The translations under genes and the position numbers were made by a program. DNA of 64,000 nt, from assembly GCF_009914755.1 (NCBI RefSeq), contig NC_060925.1, one strand, 5' to 3'. This document shows, piece by piece, positions 42,503-56,239 of this stretch. How positions within the stretch are numbered: the first letter of the stretch is position 1; each line of letters begins with the position of its first letter. The notes beneath the pieces were generated by a model. The model saw only the letters and a list, made by a program, of their open reading frames with translations. It ran no database searches and was not told the DNA's origin. Source of the stretch: the human T2T-CHM13v2.0 reference genome, Homo sapiens.

Positions 42503-44743
42503 ATGAAATTGAAATGGATGGACTCATCATCGAATGGATTCGAATGGAATCATCGAATAAAATTGATTGAAATCATCATCCAATGGAATCGAATGGTATC
42601 ATTGAATGGAATCGAATGGAATCATCATCAGATGGAAATGAATGGAATCGTCATAAAATGGAATCGAATGGATTCATTGAATGGAATCAGATGGAATCAT
42701 CGAATGGACTGGAATGGAATCATTGAATGGACTCGAAAGGGATCATTATTGAATGGAATTGAATGGAATCATCGAATGGTCTCGATTGGAATCATTATCA
42801 AATGGAATCGAATGGAATCACCGAACAGAATCGAATGGAACAATCATCGAATGGACTCAAATGGAATTATCCTCCAATGGAATCGAATGGAATTATCGAA
42901 TGCAATCGAATGGAATTATCGAATGCAATCGAATAGAATCATCGAATGGACTCGAATGGAATCATCGAATGGAATGGAATGGAACAGTCAATGAACTCGA
43001 ATGGAATCATTGAATGGAATCGAATGGAATCATCGAGTGGAATCGAATGGAATTATGATCAAATGGAATCGAATGTAATCATCATCAAATGGAATCAAAA
43101 ATAACCATCATCAATTGGTATTGAATGGAATTGTCATCAAATGGAATTCAAAGGAATCATCATCAAATGGAACCGAATGGAATCCTCATTGAATGGAAAT
43201 GAAAGGGGTCATCATCTAATGGAATCACATGGAATCATCATCAAATGGAATCGAATGGAATCATCATCAAATGGAATCTAATGGAATCATTGAACAGAAT
43301 TGAATGGAATCGTCATCGAATGAATTGAATGCAATCATCGAATGGTCTCGAATGGAATCATCTTCTAATGGAAAGGAATGGAATCATCGCATAGAATCGA
43401 ATGGAATTATCATCGAATGGAATCGAATGGTATCAACACCAAACGGAAAAAAACGGAATTATCGAATGGAATCGAAGAGAATCTTCGAACGGAACCGAAT
43501 GGAATCATCTAATGGAATGGAATGGAATAATCCATGGACTCGAATGCAATCATCATCGAATGGAATCGAATGGAATCATCGAATGGACTCGAATGGAATA
43601 ATCATTGAACGGAATCGAATGGAATCATCATCGGATGGAAACGAATGGAATCATCATCGAATGGAAATGAAAGGAGTCATCATCTAATGGAATTGCATGG
43701 AATCATCATAAAATGGAATCGAATGGAATCAACATCAAATGGAATCAAATGGAATCATTGAACGGAATTGAAGGGAATCGTCATCGAATGAATTGACTGC
43801 AATCATCGAATGGTCTCGAATGGAATCATCTTCAAATGGAATGGAATGGAATCATCGCATAGAATCGAATGGAATTATCATCGAATGGAATCGAATGGAA
43901 TCAACATCAAACGGAAAAAAACGGAATTATCGAATGGAATCGAAGAGAATCATCGAATGGACCCGAATGGAATCATCTAATGGAATGGAATGGAATAATC
44001 CATGGACTCGAATGCAATCATCATCGAATGGAATCGAATGGAATCATCGAATGGACTCGAATGGAATAATCATTGAACGGAATCGAATGGAATCATCATC
44101 GGATGGAAACGAATGGAATCATCATCGAATGGAAATGAAAGGAGTCATCATCTAATGGAATTGCATGGAATCATCATAAAATGGAATCGAATGGAATCAA
44201 CATCAAATGGAATCAAATGGAATCATTGAACGGAATTGAATGGAATCGTCATCGAATGAATTGACTGCAATCATCGAATGGTCTCGAATGGAATCATCTT
44301 CAAATGGAATGGAATGGAATCATCGCATAGAATCGAATGGAATTATCATCGAATGGAATCGAATGGAATCAACATCAAACGGAAAAAAACGGAATTATCG
44401 AATGGAATCGAAGAGAATCATCGAATGGACCCGAATGGAATCATCTAATGGAATGGAATGGAATAATCCATGGACTCGAATGCAATCATCATCGAATGGA
44501 ATCGAATGGAATCATCGAATGGACTCGAATGGAATAATCATTGAACGGAATTGAATGGAATCATCATCGGATGGAAATGAATGGAATCATCATCGAATGG
44601 AATCGAATAGAATTATGGAATGAAATCCAGTGTGATCATCATCGAATGGACCCGAATGGAATCATCATCCAACGGAAGCTAATGGAATAAACATCGAATG
44701 AATCGAATGGAAACACCATCGAATTGAAACGAATGGAATTATC
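42503..44743 (+). repeat. Long unit variant, 2,241 bp (three sub-repeats plus a 3 bp CAT deletion)
   Basis: Landmark spacing is 2,241; ATGGAATCATTGAA at ~43001-43014 replaces the usual ATGGAATCATCATTGAA. Confidence 0.9.
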
Positions 44744-46051
44744 ATGAAATTGAAATGGATGGACTCATCATCGAATGGATTCGAATGGAATCATCGAATA
44801 AAATTGATTGAAATCATCATCGAATGGAATCGAATGGTATCATTGAATGGAATCGAATGGAATCATCATCAGATGGAAATGAATGGAATCGTCATAGAAT
44901 GGAATCGAATGGATTCATTGAATGGAATCAGATGGAATCATCGAATGGACTGGAATGGAATCATTGAATGGACTCGAAAGGGATCATGATTGAATGGAAT
45001 TGAATGGAATCATCGAATGGTCTCGATTGGAATCATTATCAAATGGAATCGAATGGAATCACCGAATAGAATCGAATGGAACAATCATCGAATGGACTCA
45101 AATGGAATTATCCTCAAATGGAATCGAATGGAATTATCGAATGCAATCGAATGGAATTATCGAATGCAATCGAATAGAATCATCGAATGGACTCGAATGG
45201 AATCATCGAATGGAATGGAATGGAACAGTCAATGAACTCGAATGGAATCATCATTGAATGGAATCGAATGGAATCATCGAGTGGAATCGAATGGAATTAT
45301 GATCAAATGGAATCGAATGTAATCATCATCAAATGGAATCAAAAATAACCATCATCAATTGGTATTGAATGGAATTGTCATCAAATGGAATTCAAAGGAA
45401 TCATCATCAAATGGAACCGAATGGAATCCTCATTGAATGGAAATGAAAGGGGTCATCATCTAATGGAATCGCATGGAATCATCATAAAATGGAATCGAAT
45501 GGAATCAACATCAAATGGAATCAAATGGAATCATTGAACGGAATTGAATGGAATCGTCATCGAATGAATTGAATGCAATCATCGAATGGTCTCGAATGGA
45601 ATCATCTTCAAATGGAATGGAATGGAATCATCGCATAGAATCGAATGGAATTATCATCGAATGGAATCGAATGGAATCAACATCAAACGGAAAAAAACGG
45701 AATTATCGAATGGAATCGAAGAGAATCATCGAATGGACCCGAATGGAATCATCTAATGGAATGGAATGGAATAATCCATGGACTCGAATGCAATCATCAT
45801 CGAATGGAATCGAATGGAATCATCGAATGGACTCGAATGGAATAATCATTGAACGGAATCGAATGGAATCATCATCGGATGGAAATGAATGGAATCATCA
45901 TCGAATGGAATCGAATAGAATTATGGAATGAAATCCAGTGTGATCATCATCGAATGGACCCGAATGGAATCATCATCTAACGGAAGCTAATGGAATCAAC
46001 ATCGAATGAATCGAATGGAAACACCATCGAATTGAAACGAATGGAATTATC
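44744..46051 (+). repeat. Short unit variant, 1,308 bp (single sub-repeat, A start then B)
   Basis: Landmark spacing is 1,308; the allele switch lies near 45470-45486. Confidence 0.92.
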
Positions 46052-48295
46052 ATGAAATTGAAATGGATGGACTCATCATCGAATGGATTCGAATGGAATC
46101 ATCGAATAAAATTGATTGAAATCATCATCCAATGGAATCGAATGGTATCATTGAATGGAATCGAATGGAATCATCATCAGATGGAAATGAATGGAATCGT
46201 CATAAAATGGAATCGAATGGATTCATTGAATGGAATCAGATGGAATCATCGAATGGACTGGAATGGAATCATTGAATGGACTCGAAAGGGATCATTATTG
46301 AATGGAATTGAATGGAATCATCGAATGGTCTCGATTGGAATCATTATCAAATGGAATCGAATGGAATCACCGAACAGAATCGAATGGAACAATCATCGAA
46401 TGGACTCAAATGGAATTATCCTCCAATGGAATCGAATGGAATTATCGAATGCAATCGAATGGAATTATCGAATGCAATCGAATAGAATCATCGAATGGAC
46501 TCGAATGGAATCATCGAATGGAATGGAATGGAACAGTCAATGAACTCGAATGGAATCATCATTGAATGGAATCGAATGGAATCATCGAGTGGAATCGAAT
46601 GGAATTATGATCAAATGGAATCGAATGTAATCATCATCAAATGGAATCAAAAATAACCATCATCAATTGGTATTGAATGGAATTGTCATCAAATGGAATT
46701 CAAAGGAATCATCATCAAATGGAACCGAATGGAATCCTCATTGAATGGAAATGAAAGGGGTCATCATCTAATGGAATCACATGGAATCATCATCAAATGG
46801 AATCGAATGGAATCATCATCAAATGGAATCTAATGGAATCATTGAACAGAATTGAATGGAATCGTCATCGAATGAATTGAATGCAATCATCGAATGGTCT
46901 CGAATGGAATCATCTTCTAATGGAAAGGAATGGAATCATCGCATAGAATCGAATGGAATTATCATCGAATGGAATCGAATGGTATCAACACCAAACGGAA
47001 AAAAACGGAATTATCGAATGGAATCGAAGAGAATCTTCGAACGGAACCGAATGGAATCATCTAATGGAATGGAATGGAATAATCCATGGACTCGAATGCA
47101 ATCATCATCGAATGGAATCGAATGGAATCATCGAATGGACTCGAATGGAATAATCATTGAACGGAATCGAATGGAATCATCATCGGATGGAAACGAATGG
47201 AATCATCATCGAATGGAAATGAAAGGAGTCATCATCTAATGGAATTGCATGGAATCATCATAAAATGGAATCGAATGGAATCAACATCAAATGGAATCAA
47301 ATGGAATCATTGAACGGAATTGAATGGAATCGTCATCGAATGAATTGACTGCAATCATCGAATGGTCTCGAATGGAATCATCTTCAAATGGAATGGAATG
47401 GAATCATCGCATAGAATCGAATGGAATTATCATCGAATGGAATCGAATGGAATCAACATCAAACGGAAAAAAACAGAATTATCGTATGGAATCGAAGAGA
47501 ATCATCGAATGGACCCGAATGGAATCATCTAATGGAATGGAATGGAATAATCCATGGACTCGAATGCAATCATCATCGAATGGAATCGAATGGAATCATC
47601 GAATGGACTCGAATGGAATAATCATTGAACGGAATCGAATGGAATCATCATCGGATGGAAACGAATGGAATCATCATCGAATGGAAATGAAAGGAGTCAT
47701 CATCTAATGGAATTGCATGGAATCATCATAAAATGGAATCGAATGGAATCAACATCAAATGGAATCAAATGGAATCATTGAACGGAATTGAATGGAATCG
47801 TCATCGAATGAATTGACTGCAATCATCGAATGGTCTCGAATGGAATCATCTTCAAATGGAGTGGAATGGAATCATCGCATAGAATCGAATGGAATTATCA
47901 TCGAATGGAATCGAATGGAATCAACATCAAACGGAAAAAAACGGAATTATCGAATGGAATCGAAGAGAATCATCGAATGGACCCGAATGGAATCATCTAA
48001 TGGAATGGAATGGAATAATCCATGGACTCGAATGCAATCATCATCGAATGGAATCGAATGGAATCATCGAATGGACTCGAATGGAATAATCATTGAACGG
48101 AATTGAATGGAATCATCATCGGATGGAAATGAATGGAATCATCATCGAATGGAATCGAATAGAATTATGGAATGAAATCCAGTGTGATCATCATCGAATG
48201 GACCCGAATGGAATCATCATCCAACGGAAGCTAATGGAATAAACATCGAATGAATCGAATGGAAACACCATCGAATTGAAACGAATGGAATTATC
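46052..48295 (+). repeat. Long unit variant, 2,244 bp (three sub-repeats)
   Basis: Landmark spacing is 2,244; sub-repeat markers at 46856, 47324 and 47792. Confidence 0.92.
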
Positions 48296-51200
48296 ATGAA
48301 ATTGAAATGGATGGACTCATCATCGAATGGATTCGAATGGAATCATCGAATAAAATTGATTGAAATCATCATCGAATGGAATCGAATGGTATCATTGAAT
48401 GGAATCGAATGGAATCATCATCAGATGGAAATGAATGGAATCGTCATAGAATGGAATCGAATGGATTCATTGAATGGAATCAGATGGAATCATCGAATGG
48501 ACTGGAATGGAATCATTGAATGGACTCGAAAGGGATCATGATTGAATGGAATTGAATGGAATCATCGAATGGTCTCGATTGGAATCATTATCAAATGGAA
48601 TCGAATGGAATCACCGAATAGAATCGAATGGAACAATCATCGAATGGACTCAAATGGAATTATCCTCAAATGGAATCGAATGGAATTATCGAATGCAATC
48701 GAATGGAATTATCGAATGCAATCGAATAGAATCATCGAATGGACTCGAATGGAATCATCGAATGGAATGGAATGGAACAGTCAATGAACTCGAATGGAAT
48801 CATCATTGAATGGAATCGAATGGAATCATCGAGTGGAATCGAATGGAATTATGATCAAATGGAATCGAATGTAATCATCATCAAATGGAATCAAAAATAA
48901 CCATCATCAATTGATATTGAATGGAATTGTCATCAAATGGAATTCAAAGGAATCATCATCAAATGGAACCGAATGGAATCCTCATTGAATGGAAATGAAA
49001 GGGGTCATCATCTAATGGAATCGCATGGAATCATCATCAAATGGAATCGAATGGAATCATCATCAAATGGAATCTAATGGAAACATTGAACAGAATTGAA
49101 TGGAATCGTCATCGAATGAATTGAATGCAATCATCGAATGGTCTCGAATGGAATCATCTTCTAATGGAAAGGAATGGAATCATCGCATAGAATCGAATGG
49201 AATTATCATCGAATGGAATCGAATGGTATCAACACCAAACGGAAAAAAACGGAATTATCGAATGGAATCGAAGAGAATCTTCGAACGGACCCGAATGGAA
49301 TCATCTAATGGAATGGAATGGAATAATCCATGGACTCGAATGCAATCATCATCGAATGGAATCGAATGGAATCATCGAATGGACTCGAATGGAATAATCA
49401 TTGAACGGAATCGAATGGAATCATCATCGGATGGAAACGAATGGAATCATCATCGAATGGAAATGAAAGGAGTCATCATCTAATGGAATTGCATGGAATC
49501 ATCATAAAATGGAATCGAATGGAATCAACATCAAATGGAATCAAATGGAATCATTGAACGGAATTGAGTGGAATCGTCATCGAATGAATTGAATGCAATC
49601 ATCGAATGGTCTCGAATGGAATCATCTTCAAATGGAATGGAATGGAATCATCGCATAGAATCGAATGGAATTATCATCGAATGGAATCGAATGGAATCAA
49701 CATCAAACGGAAAAAAACGGAATTATCGAATGGAATCGAAGAGAATCATCGAATGGATCCGAATGGAATCATCTAATGGAATGGAATGGAATAATCCATG
49801 GACTCGAATGCAATCATCATCGAATGGAATCGAATGGAATCATCGAATGGACTCGAATGGAATAATCATTGAACGGAATCGAATGGAATCATCATCGGAT
49901 GGAAATGAATGGAATCATCATCGAATGGAATCGAATAGAATTATGGAATGAAATCCAGTGTGATCATCATCGAATGGACCCGAATGGAATCATCATCTAA
50001 CGGAAGCTAATGGAATCAACATCGAATGAATCGAATGGAAACACCATCGAATTGAAACGAATGGAATTATCATGAAATTGAAATGGATGGACTCATCATC
50101 GAATGGATTCGAATGGAATCATCGAATAAAATTGATTGAAATCATCATCCAATGGAATCGAATGGTATCATTGAATGGAATCGAATGGAATCATCATCAG
50201 ATGGAAATGAATGGAATCGTCATAAAATGGAATCGAATGGATTCATTGAATGGAATCAGATGGAATCATCGAATGGACTGGAATGGAATCATTGAATGGA
50301 CTCGAAAGGGATCATTATTGAATGGAATTGAATGGAATCATCGAATGGTCTCGATTGGAATCATTATCAAATGGAATCGAATGGAATCACCGAACAGAAT
50401 CGAATGGAACAATCATCGAATGGACTCAAATGGAATTATCCTCCAATGGAATCGAATGGAATTATCGAATGCAATCGAATGGAATTATCGAATGCAATCG
50501 AATAGAATCATCGAATGGACTCGAATGGAATCATCGAATGGAATGGAATGGAACAGTCAATGAACTCGAATGGAATCATCATTGAATGGAATCGAATGGA
50601 ATCATCGAGTGGAATCGAACGGAATTATGATCAAATGGAATCGAATGTAATCATCATCAAATGGAATCAAAAATAACCATCATCAATTGGTATTGAATGG
50701 AATTGTCATCAAATGGAATTCAAAGGAATCATCATCAAATGGAACCGAATGGAATCCTCATTGAATGGAAATGAAAGGGGTCATCATCTAATGGAATCGC
50801 ATGGAATCATCATCAAATGGAATCGAATGGAATCATCATCAAATGGAATCTAATGGAATCATTGAACAGAATTGAATGGAATCGTCATCGAATGAATTGA
50901 ATGCAATCATCGAATGGTCTCGAATGGAATCATCTTCTAATGGAAAGGAATGGAATCATCGCATAGAATCGAATGGAATTATCATCGAATGGAATCGAAT
51001 GGTATCAACACCAAACGGAAAAAAACGGAATTATCGAATGGAATCGAAGAGAATCTTCGAACGGAACCGAATGGAATCATCTAATGGAATGGAATGGAAT
51101 AATCCATGGACTCGAATGCAATCATCATCGAATGGAATCGAATGGAATCATCGAATGGACTCGAATGGAATAATCATTGAACGGAATCGAATGGAATCAT

Positions 51201-51847
51201 CATCGGATGGAAACGAATGGAATCATCATCGAATGGAAATGAAAGGAGTCATCATCTAATGGAATTGCATGGAATCATCATAAAATGGAATCGAATGGAA
51301 TCAACATCAAATGGAATCAAATGGAATCATTGAACGGAATTGAATGGAATCGTCATCGAATGAATTGACTGCAATCATCGAATGGTCTCGAATGGAATCA
51401 TCTTCAAATGGAATGGAATGGAATCATCGCATAGAATCGAATGGAATTATCATCGAATGGAATCGAATGGAATCAACATCAAACGGAAAAAAACAGAATT
51501 ATCGTATGGAATCGAAGAGAATCATCGAATGGACCCGAATGGAATCATCTAATGGAATGGAATGGAATAATCCATGGACTCGAATGCAATCATCATCGAA
51601 TGGAATCGAATGGAATCATCGAATGGACTCGAATGGAATAATCATTGAACGGAATCGAATGGAATCATCATCGGATGGAAATGAATGGAATCATCATCGA
51701 ATGGAATCGAATAGAATTATGGAATGAAATCCAGTGTGATCATCATCGAATGGACCCGAATGGAATCATCATCCAACGGAAGCTAATGGAATCAACATCG
51801 AATGAATCGAATGGAAACACCATCGAATTGAAACGAATGGAATTATC

Positions 51848-53155
51848 ATGAAATTGAAATGGATGGACTCATCATCGAATGGATTCGAATGGAATCATCG
51901 AATAAAATTGATTGAAATCATCATCAAATGGAATCGAATGGTATCATTGAATGGAATCGAATGGAATCATCATCAGATGGAAATGAATGGAATCGTCATA
52001 GAATGGAATCGAATGGATTCATTGAATGGAATCAGATGGAATCATCGAATGGACTGGAATGGAATCATTGAATGGACTCGAAAGGGATCATTATTGAATG
52101 GAATTGAATGGAATCATCGAATCGTCTCGATTGGAATCATTACCAAATGGAATCGAATGGAATCACCGAATAGAATCGAATGGAACAATCATCGAATGGA
52201 CTCAAATGGAATTATCCTCAAATGGAATCGAATGGAATTATCGAATGCAATCGAATGGAATTATCGAATGCAATCGAATAGAATCATCGAAAGGAGTCGA
52301 ATGGAATCATCGAATGGAATGGAATGGAACAGTCAATGAACTCGAATGGAATCATCATTGAATGGAATCGAATGGAATCATCGAGTGGAATCGAATGGAA
52401 TTATGATCAAATGGAATCGAATGTAATCATCATCAAATGGAATCAAAAATAACCATCATCAATTGGTATTGAATGGAATTGTCATCAAATGGAATTCAAA
52501 GGAATCATCATCAAATGGAACCGAATGGAATCCTCATTGAATGGAAATGAAAGGGGTCATCATCTAATGGAATCGCATGGAATCATCATCAAATGGAATC
52601 GAATGGAATCATCATCAAATGGAATCTAATGGAATCATTGAACAGAATTGAATGGAATCGTCATCGAATGAATTGAATGCAATCATCGAATGGTCTCGAA
52701 TGGAATCATCTTCTAATGGAAAGGAATGGAATCATCGCATAGAATCGAATGGAATTATCATCGAATGGAATCGAATGGAATCAACATCAAACGGAAAAAA
52801 ACAGAATTATCGTATGGAATCGAAGAGAATCATCGAAGGGACCCGAATGGAATCATCTAATGGAATGGAATGGAATAATCCATGGACTCGAATGCAATCA
52901 TCATCGAATGGAATCGAATGGAATCATCGAATGGACTCGAATGGAATAATCATTGAACGGAATCGAATGGAATCATCATCGGATGGAAATGAATGGAATC
53001 ATCATCGAATGGAATCGAATAGAATTATGGAATGAAATCCAGTGTGATCATCATCGAATGGACCCGAATGGAATCATCATCTAACGGAAGCTAATGGAAT
53101 CAACATCGAATGAATCGAATGGAAACACCATCGAATTGAAACGAATGGAATTATC
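51848..53155 (+). repeat. Short unit variant, 1,308 bp (single chimeric A/B sub-repeat)
   Basis: Landmark spacing is 1,308; A alleles run to ~52722 and B alleles start at ~52779. Confidence 0.92.
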
Positions 53156-54931
53156 ATGAAATTGAAATGGATGGACTCATCATCGAATGGATTCGAATGG
53201 AATCATCGAATAAAATTGATTGAAATCATCATCCAATGGAATCGAATGGTATCATTGAATGGAATCGAATGGAATCATCATCAGATGGAAATGAATGGAA
53301 TCGTCATAAAATGGAATCGAATGGATTCATTGAATGGAATCAGATGGAATCATCGAATGGACTGGAATGGAATCATTGAATGGACTCGAAAGGGATCATT
53401 ATTGAATGGAATTGAATGGAATCATCGAATGGTCTCGATTGGAATCATTATCAAATGGAATCGAATGGAATCACCGAACAGAATCGAATGGAACAATCAT
53501 CGAATGGACTCAAATGGAATTATCCTCCAATGGAATCGAATGGAATTATCGAATGCAATCGAATGGAATTATCGAATGCAATCGAATAGAATCATCGAAT
53601 GGACTCGAATGGAATCATCGAATGGAATGGAATGGAACAGTCAATGAACTCGAATGGAATCATCATTGAATGGAATCGAATGGAATCATCGAGTGGAATC
53701 GAATGGAATTATGATCAAATGGAATCGAATGTAATCATCATCAAATGGAATCAAAAATAACCATCATCAATTGGTATTGAATGGAATTGTCATCAAATGG
53801 AATTCAAAGGAATCATCATCAAATGGAACCGAATGGAATCCTCATTGAATGGAAATGAAAGGGGTCATCATCTAATGGAATCGCATGGAATCATCATCAA
53901 ATGGAATCGAATGGAATCATCATCAAATGGAATCTAATGGAATCATTGAACAGAATTGAATGGAATCGTCATCGAATGAATTGAATGCAATCATCGAATG
54001 GTCTCGAATGGAATCATCTTCTAATGGAAAGGAATGGAATCATCGCATAGAATCGAATGGAATTATCATAGAATGGAATCGAATGGTATCAACACCAAAC
54101 GGAAAAAAACGGAATTATCGAATGGAATCGAAGAGAATCTTCGAACGGACCCGAATGGAATCATCTAATGGAATGGAATGGAATAATCCATGGACTCGAA
54201 TGCAATCATCATCGAATGGAATCGAATGGAATCATCGAATGGACTCGAATGGAATAATCATTGAACGGAATCGAATGGAATCATCATCGGTTGGAAACGA
54301 ATGGAATCATCATCGAATGGAAATGAAAGGAGTCATCATCTAATGGAATTGCATGGAATCATCATAAAATGGAATCGAATGGAATCAACATCAAATGGAA
54401 TCAAATGGAATCATTGAACGGAATTGAATGGAATCGTCATCGAATGAATTGACTGCAATCATCGAATGGTCTCGAATGGAATCATCTTCAAATGGAATGG
54501 AATGGAATCATCGCATAGAATCGAATGGAATTATCATCGAATGGAATCGAATGGAATCAACATCAAACGGAAAAAAACGGAATTATCGAATGGAATCGAA
54601 GAGAATCATGGAATGGACCCGAATGGAATCATCTAATGGAATGGAATGGAATAATCCATGGACTCGAATGCAATCATCATCCAATGGAATCGAATGGAAT
54701 CATCGAATGGACTCGAATGGAATAATCATTGAACGGAATTGAATGGAATCATCATCGGATGGAAATGAATGGAATCATCATCGAATGGAATCGAATAGAA
54801 TTATGGAATGAAATCCAGTGTGATCATCATCGAATGGACCCGAATGGAATCATCATCCAACGGAAGCTAATGGAATCAACATCGAATGAATCGAATGGAA
54901 ACACCATCGAATTGAAACGAATGGAATTATC

Positions 54932-56239
54932 ATGAAATTGAAATGGATGGACTCATCATCGAATGGATTCGAATGGAATCATCGAATAAAATTGATTGAA
55001 ATCATCATCGAATGGAATCGAATGGTATCATTGAATGGAATCGAATGGAATCATCATCAGATGGAAATGAATGGAATCGTCATAGAATGGAATCGAATGG
55101 ATTCATTGAATGGAATCAGATGGAATCATCGAATGGACTGGAATGGAATCATTGAATGGACTCGAAAGGGATCATTATTGAATGGAATTGAATGGAATCA
55201 TCGAATCGTCTCGATTGGAATCATTACCAAATGGAATCGAATGGAATCACCGAATAGAATCGAATGGAACAATCATCGAATGGACTCAAATGGAATTATC
55301 CTCAAATGGAATCGAATGGAATTATCGAATGCAATCGAATGGAATTATCGAATGCAATCGAATAGAATCATCGAAAGGACTCGAATGGAATCATCGAATG
55401 GAATGGAATGGAACAGTCAATGAACTCGAATGGAATCATCATTGAATGGAATCGAATGGAATCATCGAGTGGAATCGAATGGAATTATGATCAAATGGAA
55501 TCGAATGTAATCATCATCAAATGGAATCAAAAATAACCATCATCAATTGGTATTGAATGGAATTGTCATCAAATGGAATTCAAAGGAATCATCATCAAAT
55601 GGAACCGAATGGAATCCTCATTGAATGGAAATGAAAGGGGTCATCATCTAATGGAATCGCATGGAATCATCATCAAATGGAATCGAATGGAATCATCATC
55701 AAATGGAATCTAATGGAATCATTGAACAGAATTGAATGGAATCGTCATCGAATGAATTGAATGCAATCATCGAATGGTCTCGAATGGAATCATCTTCTAA
55801 TGGAAAGGAATGGAATCATCGCATAGAATCGAATGGAATTATCATCGAATGGAATCGAATGGAATCAACATCAAACGGAAAAAAACAGAATTATCGTATG
55901 GAATCGAAGAGAATCATCGAAGGGACCCGAATGGAATCATCTAATGGAATGGAATGGAATAATCCATGGACTCGAATGCAATCATCATCGAATGGAATCG
56001 AATGGAATCATCGAATGGACTCGAATGGAATAATCATTGAACGGAATCGAATGGAATCATCATCGGATGGAAATGAATGGAATCATCATCGAATGGAATC
56101 GAATAGAATTATGGAATGAAATCCAGTGTGATCATCATCGAATGGACCCGAATGGAATCATCATCTAACGGAAGCTAATGGAATCAACATCGAATGAATC
56201 GAATGGAAACACCATCGAATTGAAACGAATGGAATTATC
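54932..56239 (+). repeat. Short unit variant, 1,308 bp; duplicate of the 51848 unit
   Basis: Landmark spacing is 1,308, with the same chimeric junction and private variants at +3,084. Confidence 0.92.
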
